64,000 nt of DNA, from the NCBI GenBank assembly GCA_951406725.2, contig OX597830.1, positions 21,452,001-21,516,000 of the forward strand, given 5' to 3'. The notes beneath the pieces are model-generated. The model had not been told where the DNA came from, ran no database searches, and was given only the letters and a program-made list of their open reading frames with translations. Source of the stretch: Octopus vulgaris (taxonomy: Eukaryota). The position numbers were made by a program, and so were the translations under genes. This document shows positions 1 through 13,212 of the stretch, piece after piece (within the stretch, counting starts at the first letter, position 1; each line of letters opens with the position of its first letter).

Positions 1-229
1 TATTTTATATATTATGGATATATTATATATTATTTATTATTTAATTGAACGCGACGCGTCATCGTACGGTCCCAGATTCGAACTCAGAATAAGTCGGACG
101 AAATGCCGCTAAGCATTTTGTCCGGCGTGCTAAACATTCTTTAACTATTACGCCAACACACCATCTTTTAATTATTTATAATATTCCTTTCTAATATAAG
201 CACAAGGCTTAAAACTTCAAGAGAGAAAC

Positions 230-1010
230 TGACAGGTGCTTATAGTATGGACTCAGAAAGGTAAAGTTGACCTCGGCGGGATTTGAACTCAGAACGCAAG
301 CATTTTGTTTGGCGTGCCAAGAATTTTGTGAGCTGGGGAGAAGGAAGTCGATATCATTGATCCTCAGTGTTCAATTGGTATCTATTTTATCGACCTCGGA
401 GTGATAAATAGTAAAACTGACTTCCGTGGGATTTGAACTCAGAACGTAAGAACCGGAAGAAATGCCATTACACGTTTTGTTCGACGCGCCAACAGTTCTG
501 TCAGACTGGCCGCCTTAATTTATTCGCTTACAAAAATTCTATTACATTTATAGCGCATGCCCAGACGTTTTGAGGGGAGGGGAAAATCGATATCATTGAT
601 CACTATTGCTCAATTGGCATCTATTTTATCGACCCCGGAGGGATAAGTGGTAAAGCTGACCTCCACGAGATTTGGACACAGAATGTTTAAGAACCGGAGG
701 AAATGCCGCTGTGCATTTTGTTCGACGCGCTAACGGTTCTGTCAGACTGGCCGCCTTAATTTATTCGGTTACAAAAATTCTATTACATTCATGGCGCATG
801 CCCAGAAATTTTGAGGGAAAGAGAAGGTAATACCTAAGTGGAAACCATCGACTCCAGTGCTCAACTGGTATCTATTTTAACGACTCAGAAGGGATAAATT
901 GGAAAAAGTTGACCTTGGCGAGATTTGAGCCCAGAACTTTTAAGAACCGGAGAAAATGCTGCTACGCATTTTGTCCGACGCGCTAACGATTCTCCTAGCT
1001 CGCCGCCGTA
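230..1010 (-). mobile_element. Cluster of degraded tandem copies of tRNA-derived SINE family A
   Basis: Repeated diverged matches to the family A body (tttatcgacccc...aaagttgacctcggcgggatttgaactcagaacg), ~240-bp spacing; boundaries approximate. Confidence 0.7.
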
Positions 1011-1279
1011 ATTTATTCGAATATAATGCTGATAAGTCAAATAAATGACAATAACAAAGAGAAGATGGAAATTGTATGTTTCCAGACAATAGAGAACTGC
1101 GCCCAGCTGGAGCAATGTTGTTGAGAACTGAAGAATTGGCTATAAAAATGTTATTAGGAAACGGTCTGTCAAAACAGAACAAATCTTCGCCGCCATGTAA
1201 AGAGATTTATGGTTTATTGACTTTGGTGGGTTTAATTTCTAATCAATGGGAATCAGCAGAACACACGGACACGAACAGG

Positions 1280-1595
1280 ACGTACATACATACATACATA
1301 CATACATACATACACACACGCACACACATGCGCGCACACATACACACACATATTTACGCACGCACGAACGCATGCAAGGACTCACACACATGGATACTTA
1401 TTCAGCTGCCAACGCTCTGCCTTTCTTCCTCTCTATCTCTATCTCTCGCTCTCTCTCTATCCCACCGCCTTTCCCTCTTTCTCTCCTTTTCTATCTCTTT
1501 CCTCCTCTCTCTCTCTCTTCCTTTCTTACCTTTTCTCTCTCACCTCCATTCTCACACTATCTTTGTCTCTCACCACTCACCGCTGCTTTCTTATT

Positions 1596-1638
<43 letters not shown>

Positions 1639-2479
1639 CTTTCTTCTCTCGCTCTCAATCTCTATCTCACTGTCTTTCCCTCTTTCTCTTTCTCCTCTCT
1701 TTCTTTTTCTTTCTTACCTTTTCTCTCTCACCCCCATTCTCAGTCTCTTTGTTTCAAACCCTTTCTTTGTCTCTCACCTCTCACCATCGCTTTCTTCTTC
1801 TTTTTCTCTCTCTCTCTCTCTCATTCTTTCCCCTCTCGCTCTCTCTCTCTCTCTATCTCTATCTCACTGTCTTTCCCACTTTCTCTCCTTTTCTATCTCT
1901 TTCCTCCTCTCCCTCACTTTCATTCTCACCTTTGTTTCTCTCCCTTACTTTGTCTCTCACGCCTCACCTTCTCTTTCTTTTTTCCCTTTCTCTCTCATTC
2001 TCTTCACACCCTCTCTTTCGCTCGTTAACCCCTTCTCACACACACACACGCACACACATGCATACACACACAAGCACATACATGCATACATGCATACATA
2101 CATACAGACAGACATAAACTCACGCACACATAAACACATACATAAAGACACACACACACATTCACACAAACACACACATACATCCATACATACACGAGGA
2201 CACTTTCTGCGCTCTCTTTCCCCTTTTCTCTCACACTCATACGAATCCCTATCTCCATATATATAACTGTATATATATAAATGTGCGTTTATGTGTATAT
2301 GTATGTGTGTGTATAAGTATATGTGTGTGAATTTACACACGCACACGTATAATATATATATACATAAATACACATATAATGTACACACACACACACACAT
2401 ATATATATAGACACACACACATATACATACATATATGCATATAAATACATACATGCATAATATATAAGTGTATACACAC

Positions 2480-2522
<43 letters not shown>

Positions 2523-2816
2523 CAGTCAAATGTAAAGATGGACACAAATGTGTGTGAACAGAACACATGGAGCGGCTATAAGATATGTGTGTATGTCTAT
2601 ATATTTATGTATGTAGGTATGCATGTATGCGTTTGTGTGTGTGGGCGCATGTGTGCGTGTGCGTGCAAGTATTTAGGTACACATACATATATGTAATTAT
2701 ACATACATACATTCATACATACCTCATTATATTTATATATATATATGTAAATATATGTGTATATATTTATATGTATGTATTTCTACATATATATGTATAT
2801 ATATATATATATATAT
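1280..2816. repeat. Low-complexity (CA)n/(CT)n/(TA)n block with imperfect internal duplication
   Basis: Direct reading; explains the 396-aa, 260-aa and 203-aa low-complexity ORFs. Confidence 0.9.
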
Positions 2817-3567
2817 AATTAATCAATATAGGGTGGCAAAAAAAATTTTGTAGAATTCTTTTGCCACCAGCGGCCTAGTAGGAAAAAATTAAAATAGTCA
2901 TAGACCATTTTTAAGTTCAACATCAACAATAAAGGAACGGCCATAATAGGCCATTCACCCACTAGAAATAACAGCCAAAGCTTCAACCGCAAATAAAAGT
3001 TAATTCAGTAAACCAGGAGAAAATTTAAAAAACATTTACCCTGTAATTTCTTATACGATATACCGTTTCATCTGCTGATTAATGGTAAACTAACCTGATT
3101 AAATTAAATCAAGCCAATTTTCCACAGGCCCTCAGATTCTTCAGTAAGAAATAGCCCAAGACGGAACAGATATTTTCACGAGGCATTTCCGACGTTGCCA
3201 AGTTTATATCTGACCTAAAATTTTCAAATCGTCGCATCGCGCCAAATTTATCGGCAGCAATATATAGCCGTCGATTCCATTACGGAATTAACCAGAAAAT
3301 TCATAATTTTGACGATTTGAAAATTTTAGGTCAGATATAAACTTGGCAAGTCGGAAATGCCTCGTGAAAATATCTGTTCCGTCTTGGGCTATTTCTTACT
3401 GAAGAATCTGACACGATTTAATTTATCAGGTTAGTTTACCATAATCAGCAGATGAAACGGTGTAGATATACAGGGTAAATGTTTTTAAATTTTCTCTGTT
3501 TACTGAATTAACTTTATTTGCGGTTGAGCTTTGGCTGTTAAGTGGGTATGGCCTATTATGGCCGTCG
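2815..3567. mobile_element. Retrozyme-like 492-bp-unit element, locus 1: one full unit on minus (2815-3308) plus an inverted, deleted partial copy on plus (3311-3567)
   Basis: Near-identical to the unit of the 41030-42820 array; both ends abut (TA)n-rich tracts. Confidence 0.85.
3046..3152 (-). ncRNA. Type I hammerhead ribozyme (CUGAAGA core, GUA cleavage triplet)
   Basis: AUUUCUUA-CUGAAGA-AUCUG...CAGAU-GAAA-CGGUAUAUCG-UA-UAAGAAAU: 8-bp stem I, 5-bp stem II base, near-palindromic stem III. Confidence 0.85.
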
Positions 3568-3857
3568 TACATATATATACAGATATACATGTATGGATGG
3601 ATGGATATGTGCTTATCTATATATATGAGAATGTGTGTGTGCATCAGTAAAACTCCAGAACTACCCAACTAATTTCATTCAAAGTTTTACACATGCCTTA
3701 CTTAGGGTCCATGTTGTGTCATGGGCCTCCAAAATTTTCAACTTCATGCCTGATGCGGGCCCGGAGCAATCTCTTTTCTCTTACACTGTTTCCGTATTAC
3801 GTATCAAAAGTGAAACAACATCTCTATACTTTCACCATGTATTTATATACATGCTTT

Positions 3858-3952
<95 letters not shown>

Positions 3953-3981
3953 TATCTATGTATATATATATATATATTTAT

Positions 3982-4032
<51 letters not shown>

Positions 4033-4100
4033 TATGTATATTAATATATATATATGTATATGTATATATATATATGTGTGTGTGTGTGTGTGGTACAGAC

Positions 4101-4153
4101 GTCCTTACCCTCGAAACACGGAGTAGATAAAGCAGGGACAACTGATGAAGGAG
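4101..4153 (+). ncRNA. 5'-truncated permuted hammerhead motif (family P)
   Basis: gtcc-tta-ccctc-GAAA-cacg-gagtaga...ggacaa-CTGATGA-aggag, followed by the T-rich family tail to ~4365. Confidence 0.55.
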
Positions 4154-4377
4154 AATATTTTTATGTTGCATGTCTCGTTTCTCTGTTTCTTTCGTTGTTC
4201 GAAAAAAGTTCATTTCTACGTTTTTGTTTTCATGTTTTCGTTTCTCATTGTGCTCAACGCTTTTTTAATGTCCTGTACCCATATATGCATGTATATATAC
4301 ATATATCTGTAGGTATGTACAAATATGTATGTATATATGCATATATTTATATATTATTTATATTACACACACACACG

Positions 4378-4439
<62 letters not shown>

Positions 4440-4652
4440 GTTATTTTGCTGTGTTGGACAGTTGAACTCTTCACAGTTTTTCTCTCTCCGTTTTTTCCTC
4501 TTAATATTTTCTGTCAAAGAGCAAAGGTTCGAAACGTAAAAGACTATTCCATTTTCCCAAGCCATAAACTAATACACCTGCTTGTTGTACCTACACCTGT
4601 ACTCGTCTTTTGTTTTCCGTAAATCTGAACTATGCATATATATATATACACG

Positions 4653-4735
<83 letters not shown>

Positions 4736-5205
4736 GTGTATGTGTGTGTGTGTGTAAAACAGAGAAATATACAGAATCATACATTGTTTAATCAGCATAT
4801 GCACGTTTCGGATATATTGGTAAATTCCAAAATTATGTGATCCTGTTATCATGCATATTATGCGAGTTCATATTTGAAATTTTATACCGTGCTGTGAATA
4901 CTACGCAACACTGCTTAGAATAGAGAACATTTTAAGAGAGACGGCTAGTAGTAAAACTAACAATATTTGACCAGTATAAGGGACAATGAGGTGTTTTAGC
5001 ACACCTTAGGAACTGCACTTATGAGATCATGATAGCATTGTAACATGATGTTTAGTTTCTTCAATCACACTTGGCAACTTGAAATGTGTCTATAGAAAAA
5101 TTCCTACCCCATTTAAACTATTACTTACCAGTTCAAATGCATAGAAGTGGTATTTAGCAGATATATTATTATGTAGGGTACGATGGAAATATCATTTGAT
5201 CAGCA

Positions 5206-5588
5206 TCTCTCTCTATATAAACGGCAGTTTGTCTGTGTGTGTGTCTGTGTGTCTGTTAGGTTGTACCCTCACCCTGACCACGGCTTTCAACCGATTCTGA
5301 TGAAACTTGACACACACGTAGCCTAATGTCATAATTCAAAACTAACGCAGCGAAAATTTTGAAAAGTTCCCCCAGTTCTGAAAAAATCGATAAATTCGAC
5401 ATGGGGTCGAGAATCAGAAACACAAACCACAGACTGTCTAGGGGACGCAACTCGACCTTTTTTACTCTCAAAAAAAATTTACCATCATTTTTTTTCCATT
5501 TTTTTGCTATTCTTTGGCTATAACTCTCTAAAAATGCTTTATAGTTATTTCCCTTACAAACCCGAGCAACGCCGGGCGATACTGCTAG
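5206..5588 (+). mobile_element. Non-autonomous Helitron
   Basis: 5' TC start (tctctctctatataaa), 3' hairpin cccgagcaacgccggg then CTAG, inserted between A and T with no TSD. Confidence 0.85.
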
Positions 5589-5934
5589 TTAATTCTAAAT
5601 ATAAAAGATATGTTGAGTTAATGAGAATTCAAAAAAGGAATATAACCGATATATTATTCATTAAGGAAGATATTCTATTAAAAAATATCATAAACACTCA
5701 CACACACATACACACAAGGGTGATGGTTCAATCCCTGTCTTTGCGGTTTTTCGCACAGTTCTTTATTTGTGGTTTATTGTTGGCGTGAATGCTGAAAGAC
5801 AAACCCCGCCAAGAACTGTTACTCGTTGTTATTTCACATTAATTAATATAGTTTAGAAGATGGCCAGCAGTGCAACCAAATGGCATCTGTAGAAATCAAG
5901 GGCAGCAGATTATATTAAGGAATACCATCATATC

Positions 5935-6082
5935 CGTGTGGTAAGAAGCTTACTTCCCAACCACAAGGTTCCAGGTTCAGTCCCACAGCATGGAACCATG
6001 GGTAAGTCTCTTCTGCTATAGTCTCTGGCTGACCAAAGCCTTCTGAGCGGATGTGGTAGACGGAAACTGAAAGAATCCCATC

Positions 6083-6115
<33 letters not shown>

Positions 6116-6390
6116 AGCGTGTGTGAGCGTGCATGCTTGCATGTGTTTTGCGTGTGTTTTGCGTGTGTCTTTGTGTCTATGTTTGACCCCCCACCACCGC
6201 TTGACAACCGGTATTGGTTTGTTCACGTCCCCGTAATTTAGAGGTCTGGCAAAAGAAACCTAAAGAATGAGTACGAAGCTTAAAAAAAAAGAAAAATGGT
6301 ACAGGAATGGATTCGTTCGACGAAAATTCTTCAAAGTGGTGCCTCATCATAGCCGAAGTCTAATGACTGAAACAGGTAGAAAATAAGAGA
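5935..6390 (+). mobile_element. SINE family B (tRNA head, CORE-like domain, internal microsatellite)
   Basis: gtggtaag...ggttcagtccc head, internal (TG)n, tail ending gactgaaac; many copies in window. Confidence 0.75.
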
Positions 6391-7116
6391 TAACTCTGCT
6401 CGAATTTCCTTAAATTCTTACATAGACCAATGAAGCTTACCACATAAGCTACGCTAACCAATGACAGCAAAGAACCCTTGACACTCCAATCCTTCATCTA
6501 TTTCCTCACCAACAAAACATAAAGAAACTCATTGCGCAAAATTCCAACAATGTCAAGTGCTTAGGATGTGAATCAGCAAATTTACTCAAATAACATATTC
6601 TTCTACATATTTTGTGTTGTCTCTTCTCATTTGCTAATCTAAGCACAGACGCACGCTCTCACACACACGCGCACATACACACACTAACACGCGCACACAC
6701 ACACACACAAACACACGTTCATACACATACCTATTTATGTATATTTACATGTATATGCATACATATGTATCTATATCTCTATCTCTATCTATATCTATAT
6801 ATATATAAATACACACACACACACATATATATCCATATATATATATATATATATAGGGAGAATTCACAAAAAACAAGACGAAGACAGGTGGTGTAGAGAT
6901 GCATATATATATACATATGCATATATATGTATATATATATATTCATATACATATGTGTGTGCGTGTATATATATATATATGTGTGTATATATATATATAT
7001 GTCTATATATGTCTATATATGTGTGTATATATATATATATGTATATATATGTATATATATATATGTATATATGTATATATATATATTTATGTATATATAT
7101 ATATGTGTATATAAAC

Positions 7117-7203
<87 letters not shown>

Positions 7204-7272
7204 GATAGATATAGATATATATATACATATGTATGCATATGTAGATATATACATATGTAGATATATGTTTGT

Positions 7273-7592
7273 GAAGGTATGTGGTTTAGTGGTAAGGGTA
7301 TTCGGATCACGTACGTGAGGATATTAGTTCGAGTCCCGGCGGCATGTTGTCTCCTTGAGCAAGACATTTTATTCCACGTTGCTCCAGTCCACTCAGCTGG
7401 CAAAAAGAAGTTCTACCTGTAATTCGAAGGGCCTGCCTCATCACATACTCTATTGCGTTGAATCTCCCTGAGAACTACGTTAAGGTTACGCGTGTTCGCG
7501 GAGTGCTCAGCCACTTGCACATTAATTTCTCGTGCCGGCTGTTCTTCGAGTGGATCGACTGGAATACTCGTCGTCGTAACCGACGGAGAGCC
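7273..7592 (+). mobile_element. tRNA-derived SINE (family C-related)
   Basis: A/B-box-like tggtttagtgg...gttcgagtccc head; 3' part shared with 8055-8436. Confidence 0.7.
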
Positions 7593-7593
7593 A

Positions 7594-7648
<55 letters not shown>

Positions 7649-8054
7649 TGGATAGATATTAATATGAAGATACAAATACTTGGTCTTCGTACCATGCGAA
7701 GGGAGAAGACTCAGAAATGCATTCGCCCTACGATTCAATGACGTCATTCCCAGCCCAAAGATGTGTTTTCACACATGAGAGTTTTTTCTCCCGGGACTAG
7801 TACCGCAGCGAAAGATCTTCTCGTGTCGGAACACATCCGAATGTATCAAATGTAGTCTTGCACGAATATATCATATATGCATTTACTTCTAAGTGGTAAT
7901 AAATATAAATAAGTAATATTTAATTTATATAAATGAATATTTATAATATTAATAGTAATATTGATATGACAAAAAACATAATCGTGGCGGGTTAATATAT
8001 GAAGGGGTTTAGCTCAATAGAATTGTGTGAGTGTATGTATAGGTGTGTGCATGT

Positions 8055-8436
8055 GGAGGCGCAATGGCCCAGTGGTTAGGGCAGCGGACTCGCGGTCATA
8101 GGATCGCGGTTTCGATTCCCAGACCGGGCGTTGTGAGTGTTTATTGAGCGAAAACACCTAAAGCTCCACGAGGCTCCGGCAGGGGATGGTGGTGATCCCT
8201 GCTGTACTCTTTCACCACAACTTTCTCTCACTCTTACTTCCTGTTTCTGTTGTACCTGTATTTCAAAGGGCCGGCCTGGTCACTCTCTGTGTCACGCTGA
8301 ATATCCCCGAGAACTACGTTAAGGGTACACGTGTCTGTGGAGTGCTCAGCCACTTACACGTTAATTTCACGAGCAGGCTGTTCCGTTGATTCGGATCAAC
8401 CGGAACCCTCGTCGTCGTAACCGACGGAGTGCTTCC
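8055..8436 (+). mobile_element. tRNA-derived SINE family C
   Basis: ggaggcgcaatggcccagtggttaggg...ggtttcgattccc Pol III head; same head at 63176. Confidence 0.8.
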
Positions 8437-8919
8437 AGTCCAGGTGTGTGCTTATGTTGCTTTGCGTGTGCATGTGCAACCGTATGGAAGTGTATTTGGT
8501 GTACATTAATCGGGAGATGCCTGTCCTGTTAATGTGGTTCGATGTGTTAAAACATTGGTAAGTCTTCTAGATTCTATGTGTTCAAGATGGTGTCCGTTCA
8601 GCCATTGTATTTCATTATATTCAAAAAGGAAATATTACCTATGTATTTAATGTCGCTCATAATCATATAATTATTTGGCCCAAAGGTAGCGATTTGACAG
8701 AATCGGTAGCACGCCGGACAAAATGTATTGCAGCACTTTTTCCGGCTTTGCGATCTGAGTTCAAATTCCTTTCGTGGGGGCAATGTCCTTGACTAACCCC
8801 TTTTTCTTCCAACGTTATAGGCTTTGTAATTATAACCCTTCCTACTATACATACAAGGCCTGGAATTTGTGAGGAGGAGGTAGTCGACCACATCTCCCCC
8901 AGTACTTGACTAGCACTTA

Positions 8920-9450
8920 ATTTATCTATTTCTTTATTGTCCACAGGGGACTAAACATCGGAGGGGACAAACAAGGACAGACAAAGGGATTTAGTCGATT
9001 ACATGGACCCCAGTGCGTAACTAGTACTTATTTAATAAATAATAATAAATATTCTTTTCTACTCTAGGCACAAGGCCCGAATTTTTTGGGGAGTGGGGGC
9101 AATCGATTAGATCGACCCCAGTACGCAACTGGTACTTTGTTTATCGACCGGAAAAGATGAAACGCAAAATCGACCTCGGTGGAATTTGAACTCAGAACGT
9201 AAATACAGACGAAATACCTATTTCTTTATTACCCACAAGGGGATAAACACAGAGAGGGCACACAAGGACAGACAAATGGATTAAGTCGATTACATCGACC
9301 CCAGTGCGTAACTGGTACTTAATTTATCGACCCCGAAAGGATGGAAGGCAAAGTCAACCTCGGCGGAATTTGAACTCAGAACGTAACAACAAACGAAATA
9401 CGGCTACGCATTTCGCCCGGCGCGCTAACGATTCTGGCAGCTCGCCGCCT
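8920..9450 (-). mobile_element. SINE family A cluster with duplicated body
   Basis: Matches the 27859-28090 copy on the reverse strand. Confidence 0.8.
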
Positions 9451-10387
9451 TTGTGACTATAATAGAAAGAATTATAACTCTTTCTAAAATAATGATTTCA
9501 AATTTTGGCACAAGGCTAGCAATTTCATTTTTTTTTTCGTGGGGTGGGTGGTCTAGTTGATTGTATTAACCCCAGTGTTTCACTGGTACTTAATTTATCG
9601 ACCCAAAAGGATGAAAGGCAAAGTTGATCTCGTCGGAATTCGAACTCTGCACGTAAAAATAAACGAAATACCGCCGAGCCTTTTGCTCGACTTGCTAACG
9701 ATTGTGCCAGCACTTGTGAACGCACATAGTCTAGTGGCTAGGATGTTGCATTCTCGATGGCCAAGACCACGGTTTCGTTACCCAGACTGGTTTCGATACC
9801 CAAGACCAAGTTTTCGATACCCAAACGGTGCGTTGCACTCTTTAGCAAAACACTTCAATTCACGTTTTATTCAGGTCGTCCCTCAACTGCGTTCAGGCGG
9901 AACGTTAGCCTGCACGACAAACCAACAGGATGTCATCATTCGAAAGCTACAACAATATGAGGAAGCGCATTGTGATCAGCGACGCACAGCAACAACAACC
10001 GATAGACTGGTCGGAACAGCGATATAGCGACATTAACCATTATCAAGTAAAAAATTATCATAATTTTTTTCTTAGTTATCATGTTTTGAAAATAGATATT
10101 TTAGTATCATATGTTTTCATGTATCTCTGAGATCGATGTGAATACATCTGAATTATTTTTGTAATTTTCTCATAAATATTTGCATCTTGCTGAAGTTGAT
10201 GCTAGGATATTGAAAGAAAGATATGTTCTTGACAGAGTTTATGGCTGTGTGGTGAAGAAGCCGACTTTGGAACCACGTGATTTTGTATTCAAATCCACTG
10301 CCCTGCTTCTTGAGCTACAAAAACTCTGCGCCGACCAAAGCCATGTGAATGAATTCGGTAAACAGAAAGTATATGAAAGTCGTCGTA

Positions 10388-10437
<50 letters not shown>

Positions 10438-10441
10438 TAAG

Positions 10442-10475
<34 letters not shown>

Positions 10476-10487
10476 ATATATATACAC

Positions 10488-10553
<66 letters not shown>

Positions 10554-10766
10554 ACAAATTAATAAATAAAACATATGCATGTATACATACATATATGTAC
10601 GTACCTACATCTAGATATATATATATACATGCACATATGGGTACAGGACACCAAAAAAACGCTGAACACAATGAGAAAGGAAAACATAAACACAAAACCA
10701 AGGAAATGGACATTTTTCTTAAACAACGAAAAAACAGAGTACAAGACATACAACAGAAGGAAAATT

Positions 10767-10841
10767 CCCCTTCTTCAGCCGCCTCTGTTTCATCTACTCC
10801 GCGTTCGAAGGTAAAGGTGAGACGCGATTTCGTTGAAACAG
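10767..10841 (-). ncRNA. Permuted hammerhead motif (family P), one A missing from GAAA
   Basis: ctgtttca..CGCG-UC-ucaccu-uua-ccuuc-GAA-cgcg..ugaaacag-aggcgg-CUGAAGA-agggg; stem I sequence differs from other copies yet pairs at 5 of 6 positions. Confidence 0.65.
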
Positions 10842-10880
10842 TCCTTCCTGCAAAAGCAAGTTAAATAAAATTTGAGATTT

Positions 10881-10939
<59 letters not shown>

Positions 10940-11052
10940 TAATCCAAACAAGAAAGCACAAAAAAAACACAACAACGCGAGGACTTGGAACAAATATAGT
11001 ATTATTGGACGCTCAGGAAAGAAGGAAAGAAGGAAAGAAGGAAAGAAGGAGG

Positions 11053-11087
11053 GTTTAACGTTTCGAGCGGAGCTCTTCGTCGGAAAC
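11053..11087 (-). ncRNA. Minimal Penelope-type type I hammerhead (CCGACGA core variant)
   Basis: GUUU-CCGACGA-A-GAGC-ucc-GCUC-GAAA-CG-UU-AAAC; palindromic AACGUU stem III; within a ~230-bp insert between two (TA)n tracts. Confidence 0.7.
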
Positions 11088-11359
11088 ATAGGAGAAGGAA
11101 AGATCCAGAGAAGGGTAGACAGTGAAAAAAAAATCGCCAACGGTACACACGAGGTCACATTTGTATATATATATATATATATACGTTTAAATATTTGTTG
11201 TGCAAGATTTTTTATGTGAAGTCGTGTGTTGAAACAGATATTGTTATATTTCGGAATGGTCATATTGCCAGTTTAGCCAATAAAAACACACGCACTATAT
11301 ATTTGGTGTTATTTTGCTTCAGTGATATTTATTTTTTACATTAATCTTAATCTTATTTC

Positions 11360-11403
11360 GGCCAAAGTTCTTTCGTCACACTCCTGTGACCGCATCAGTG
11401 GTC
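11360..11403 (-). ncRNA. Minimal type I hammerhead-like motif in the PLE 3' UTR (CUGAUGC core variant)
   Basis: GACCA-CUGAUGC-G-GUCAC-aggagu-GUGAC-GAAA-G-aa-C-UU-UGGCC; mirror copy at 12978-13020 (+) lacks the first C. Confidence 0.6.
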
Positions 11404-11924
11404 CTTTGTTTTCTTCTCACTTACTTGTGTCTCTCCTTACTAACCGTCAGCCATTTTGTATTTCTATTGTATGTCTTCATTTGCGCATGCTTATATCTCT
11501 ATGTGCGTCTATGTTTATTTAGTGTGTGGGGGGATGTCTGTAATATTTGTATCTTCTGGTTATATACATTCTTGTAATTTGTATTTTGTTTTTGTTGTTG
11601 TTGCTTTTGTTCTAATTTTGTTCATGTGTTTACATCCACCCATTATTATCATTACATATGCTTGTATGTATGTATAACAACAATATTAGTAATAATAATA
11701 ATAAATCTAATCGAGAAAAAAAAAAAAAAAAAAAAAAAAGAATATACATATACATATATATATATATATACATACACATACATATACATATATATATATA
11801 CATATATACACACATATATACACATATACATATACACATATATACACATATACATACACATAGATATTCATTTCTATTTCTTTAATTACCTGTGTATTTA
11901 TTATGTTTGCAGGATCCACTATTG

Positions 11925-12263
11925 TCATATGTTGTGGTGTGCGCTATTGCTCCATTCTAGTTTTCTATTCAGGCTAGGTTTATTTTCTATTATATGTGTA
12001 GCTTCTGTAATTTGTCTAATTGTTGCATCTGTTCTATGTGTGGACAATATCTTAATCTCTATGTTATTGATTGATCCCCCGTGTTCTTGTTCGGCGTGTT
12101 GGTACAGAATCGATGAGCTTTTACCTTCCTTGAGTTGTCTCCAATGTTCATTCACCCGCTCACCAATGCTTCTTGCAGTTTCCCCTACGTATGTTACTGT
12201 CTTGTTACTGCATCGTCCCTCTATACATCTTATACTATAGACCACATTTCTGGCTTTACAGAT
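11925..12263 (-). pseudogene. C-terminal GIY-YIG endonuclease domain of a Penelope-like element (5'-truncated)
   Basis: [13 protein letters not shown]...[16 protein letters not shown]...[11 protein letters not shown]...[18 protein letters not shown]: VVY/YVG, R, E and N motifs plus the C/C/H/H residues typical of PLE endonucleases. Confidence 0.92.
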
Positions 12264-13133
12264 TCATCGATTCTGTACCAACACGCCGAACAAGAACACG
12301 GGGGATCAATCAATAACATAGAGATTAAGATATTGTCCACACATAGAACAGATGCAACAATTAGACAAATTACAGAAGCTACACATATAATAGAAAATAA
12401 ACCTAGCCTGAATAGAAAACTAGAATGGAGCAATAGCGCACACCACAACATATGACAATAGTGGATCCTGCAAACATAATAAATACACAGGTAATTAAAG
12501 AAATAGAAATGAATATCTATGTGTATGTATATGTGTATATATATGTATATGTATATGTGTATATATGTGTGTATATATGTATATATATATATGTATATGT
12601 ATGTGTATGTATATATATATATATATGTATATGTATATTCTTTTTTTTTTTTTTTTTTTTTTCTCGATTAGATTTATTATTATTATTACTAATATTGTTG
12701 TTATACATACATACAAGCATATGTAATGATAATAATGGGTGGATGTAAACACATGAACAAAATTAGAACAAAAGCAACAACAACAAAAACAAAATACAAA
12801 TTACAAGAATGTATATAACCAGAAGATACAAATATTACAGACATCCCCCCCACACACACTAAATAAACATAGACGCACATAGAGATATAAGCATGCGCAA
12901 ATGAAGACATACAATAGAAATACAAAATGGCTGACGGTTAGTAAGGAGAGACACAAGTAAGTGAGAAGAAAACAAAGGACCATGATGCGGTCACAGGAGT
13001 GTGACGAAAGAACTTTGGCCGAAATAAGATTAAGATTAATGTAAAAAATAAATATCACTGAAGCAAAATAACACCAAATATATAGTGCGTGTGTTTTTAT
13101 TGGCTAAACTGCAATATGACCATTCCGAAATAT

Positions 13134-13212
<79 letters not shown>

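Larger units (their letters stand above)
11185..13141. mobile_element. Penelope-like retroelement 3' remnant in fold-back arrangement (arms 11238-12116 and 12264-13141)
   Basis: ~880-bp near-perfect inverted arms containing a GIY-YIG C-terminus, 3' UTR and minimal HHR; both outer ends in (TA)n. Confidence 0.9.

Noticed and set aside
1076-2266. 396-aa ORF and the many YI/CV/HT/poly-S/poly-L/poly-H ORFs across the window
   Set aside because: Translations of microsatellites that lack stop codons; no domain-like sequence.
3709-3822. Possible type III hammerhead (ctgatgc ... gaaacaacat pairing with atgttg)
   Set aside because: Cleavage-site base would be G and no stem II forms; at best a decayed relic.
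7690-7845. Structured insert with GAAA-acacatc/gatgtgt-tc pairing on the minus strand
   Set aside because: No CUGANGA-like strand found, so it cannot be called a ribozyme.
8055-8130. tRNA-like sequence (also 63176, 21030-21100, 57311, 61300)
   Set aside because: A and B boxes are present but run into SINE bodies; these are SINE heads, not tRNA genes.
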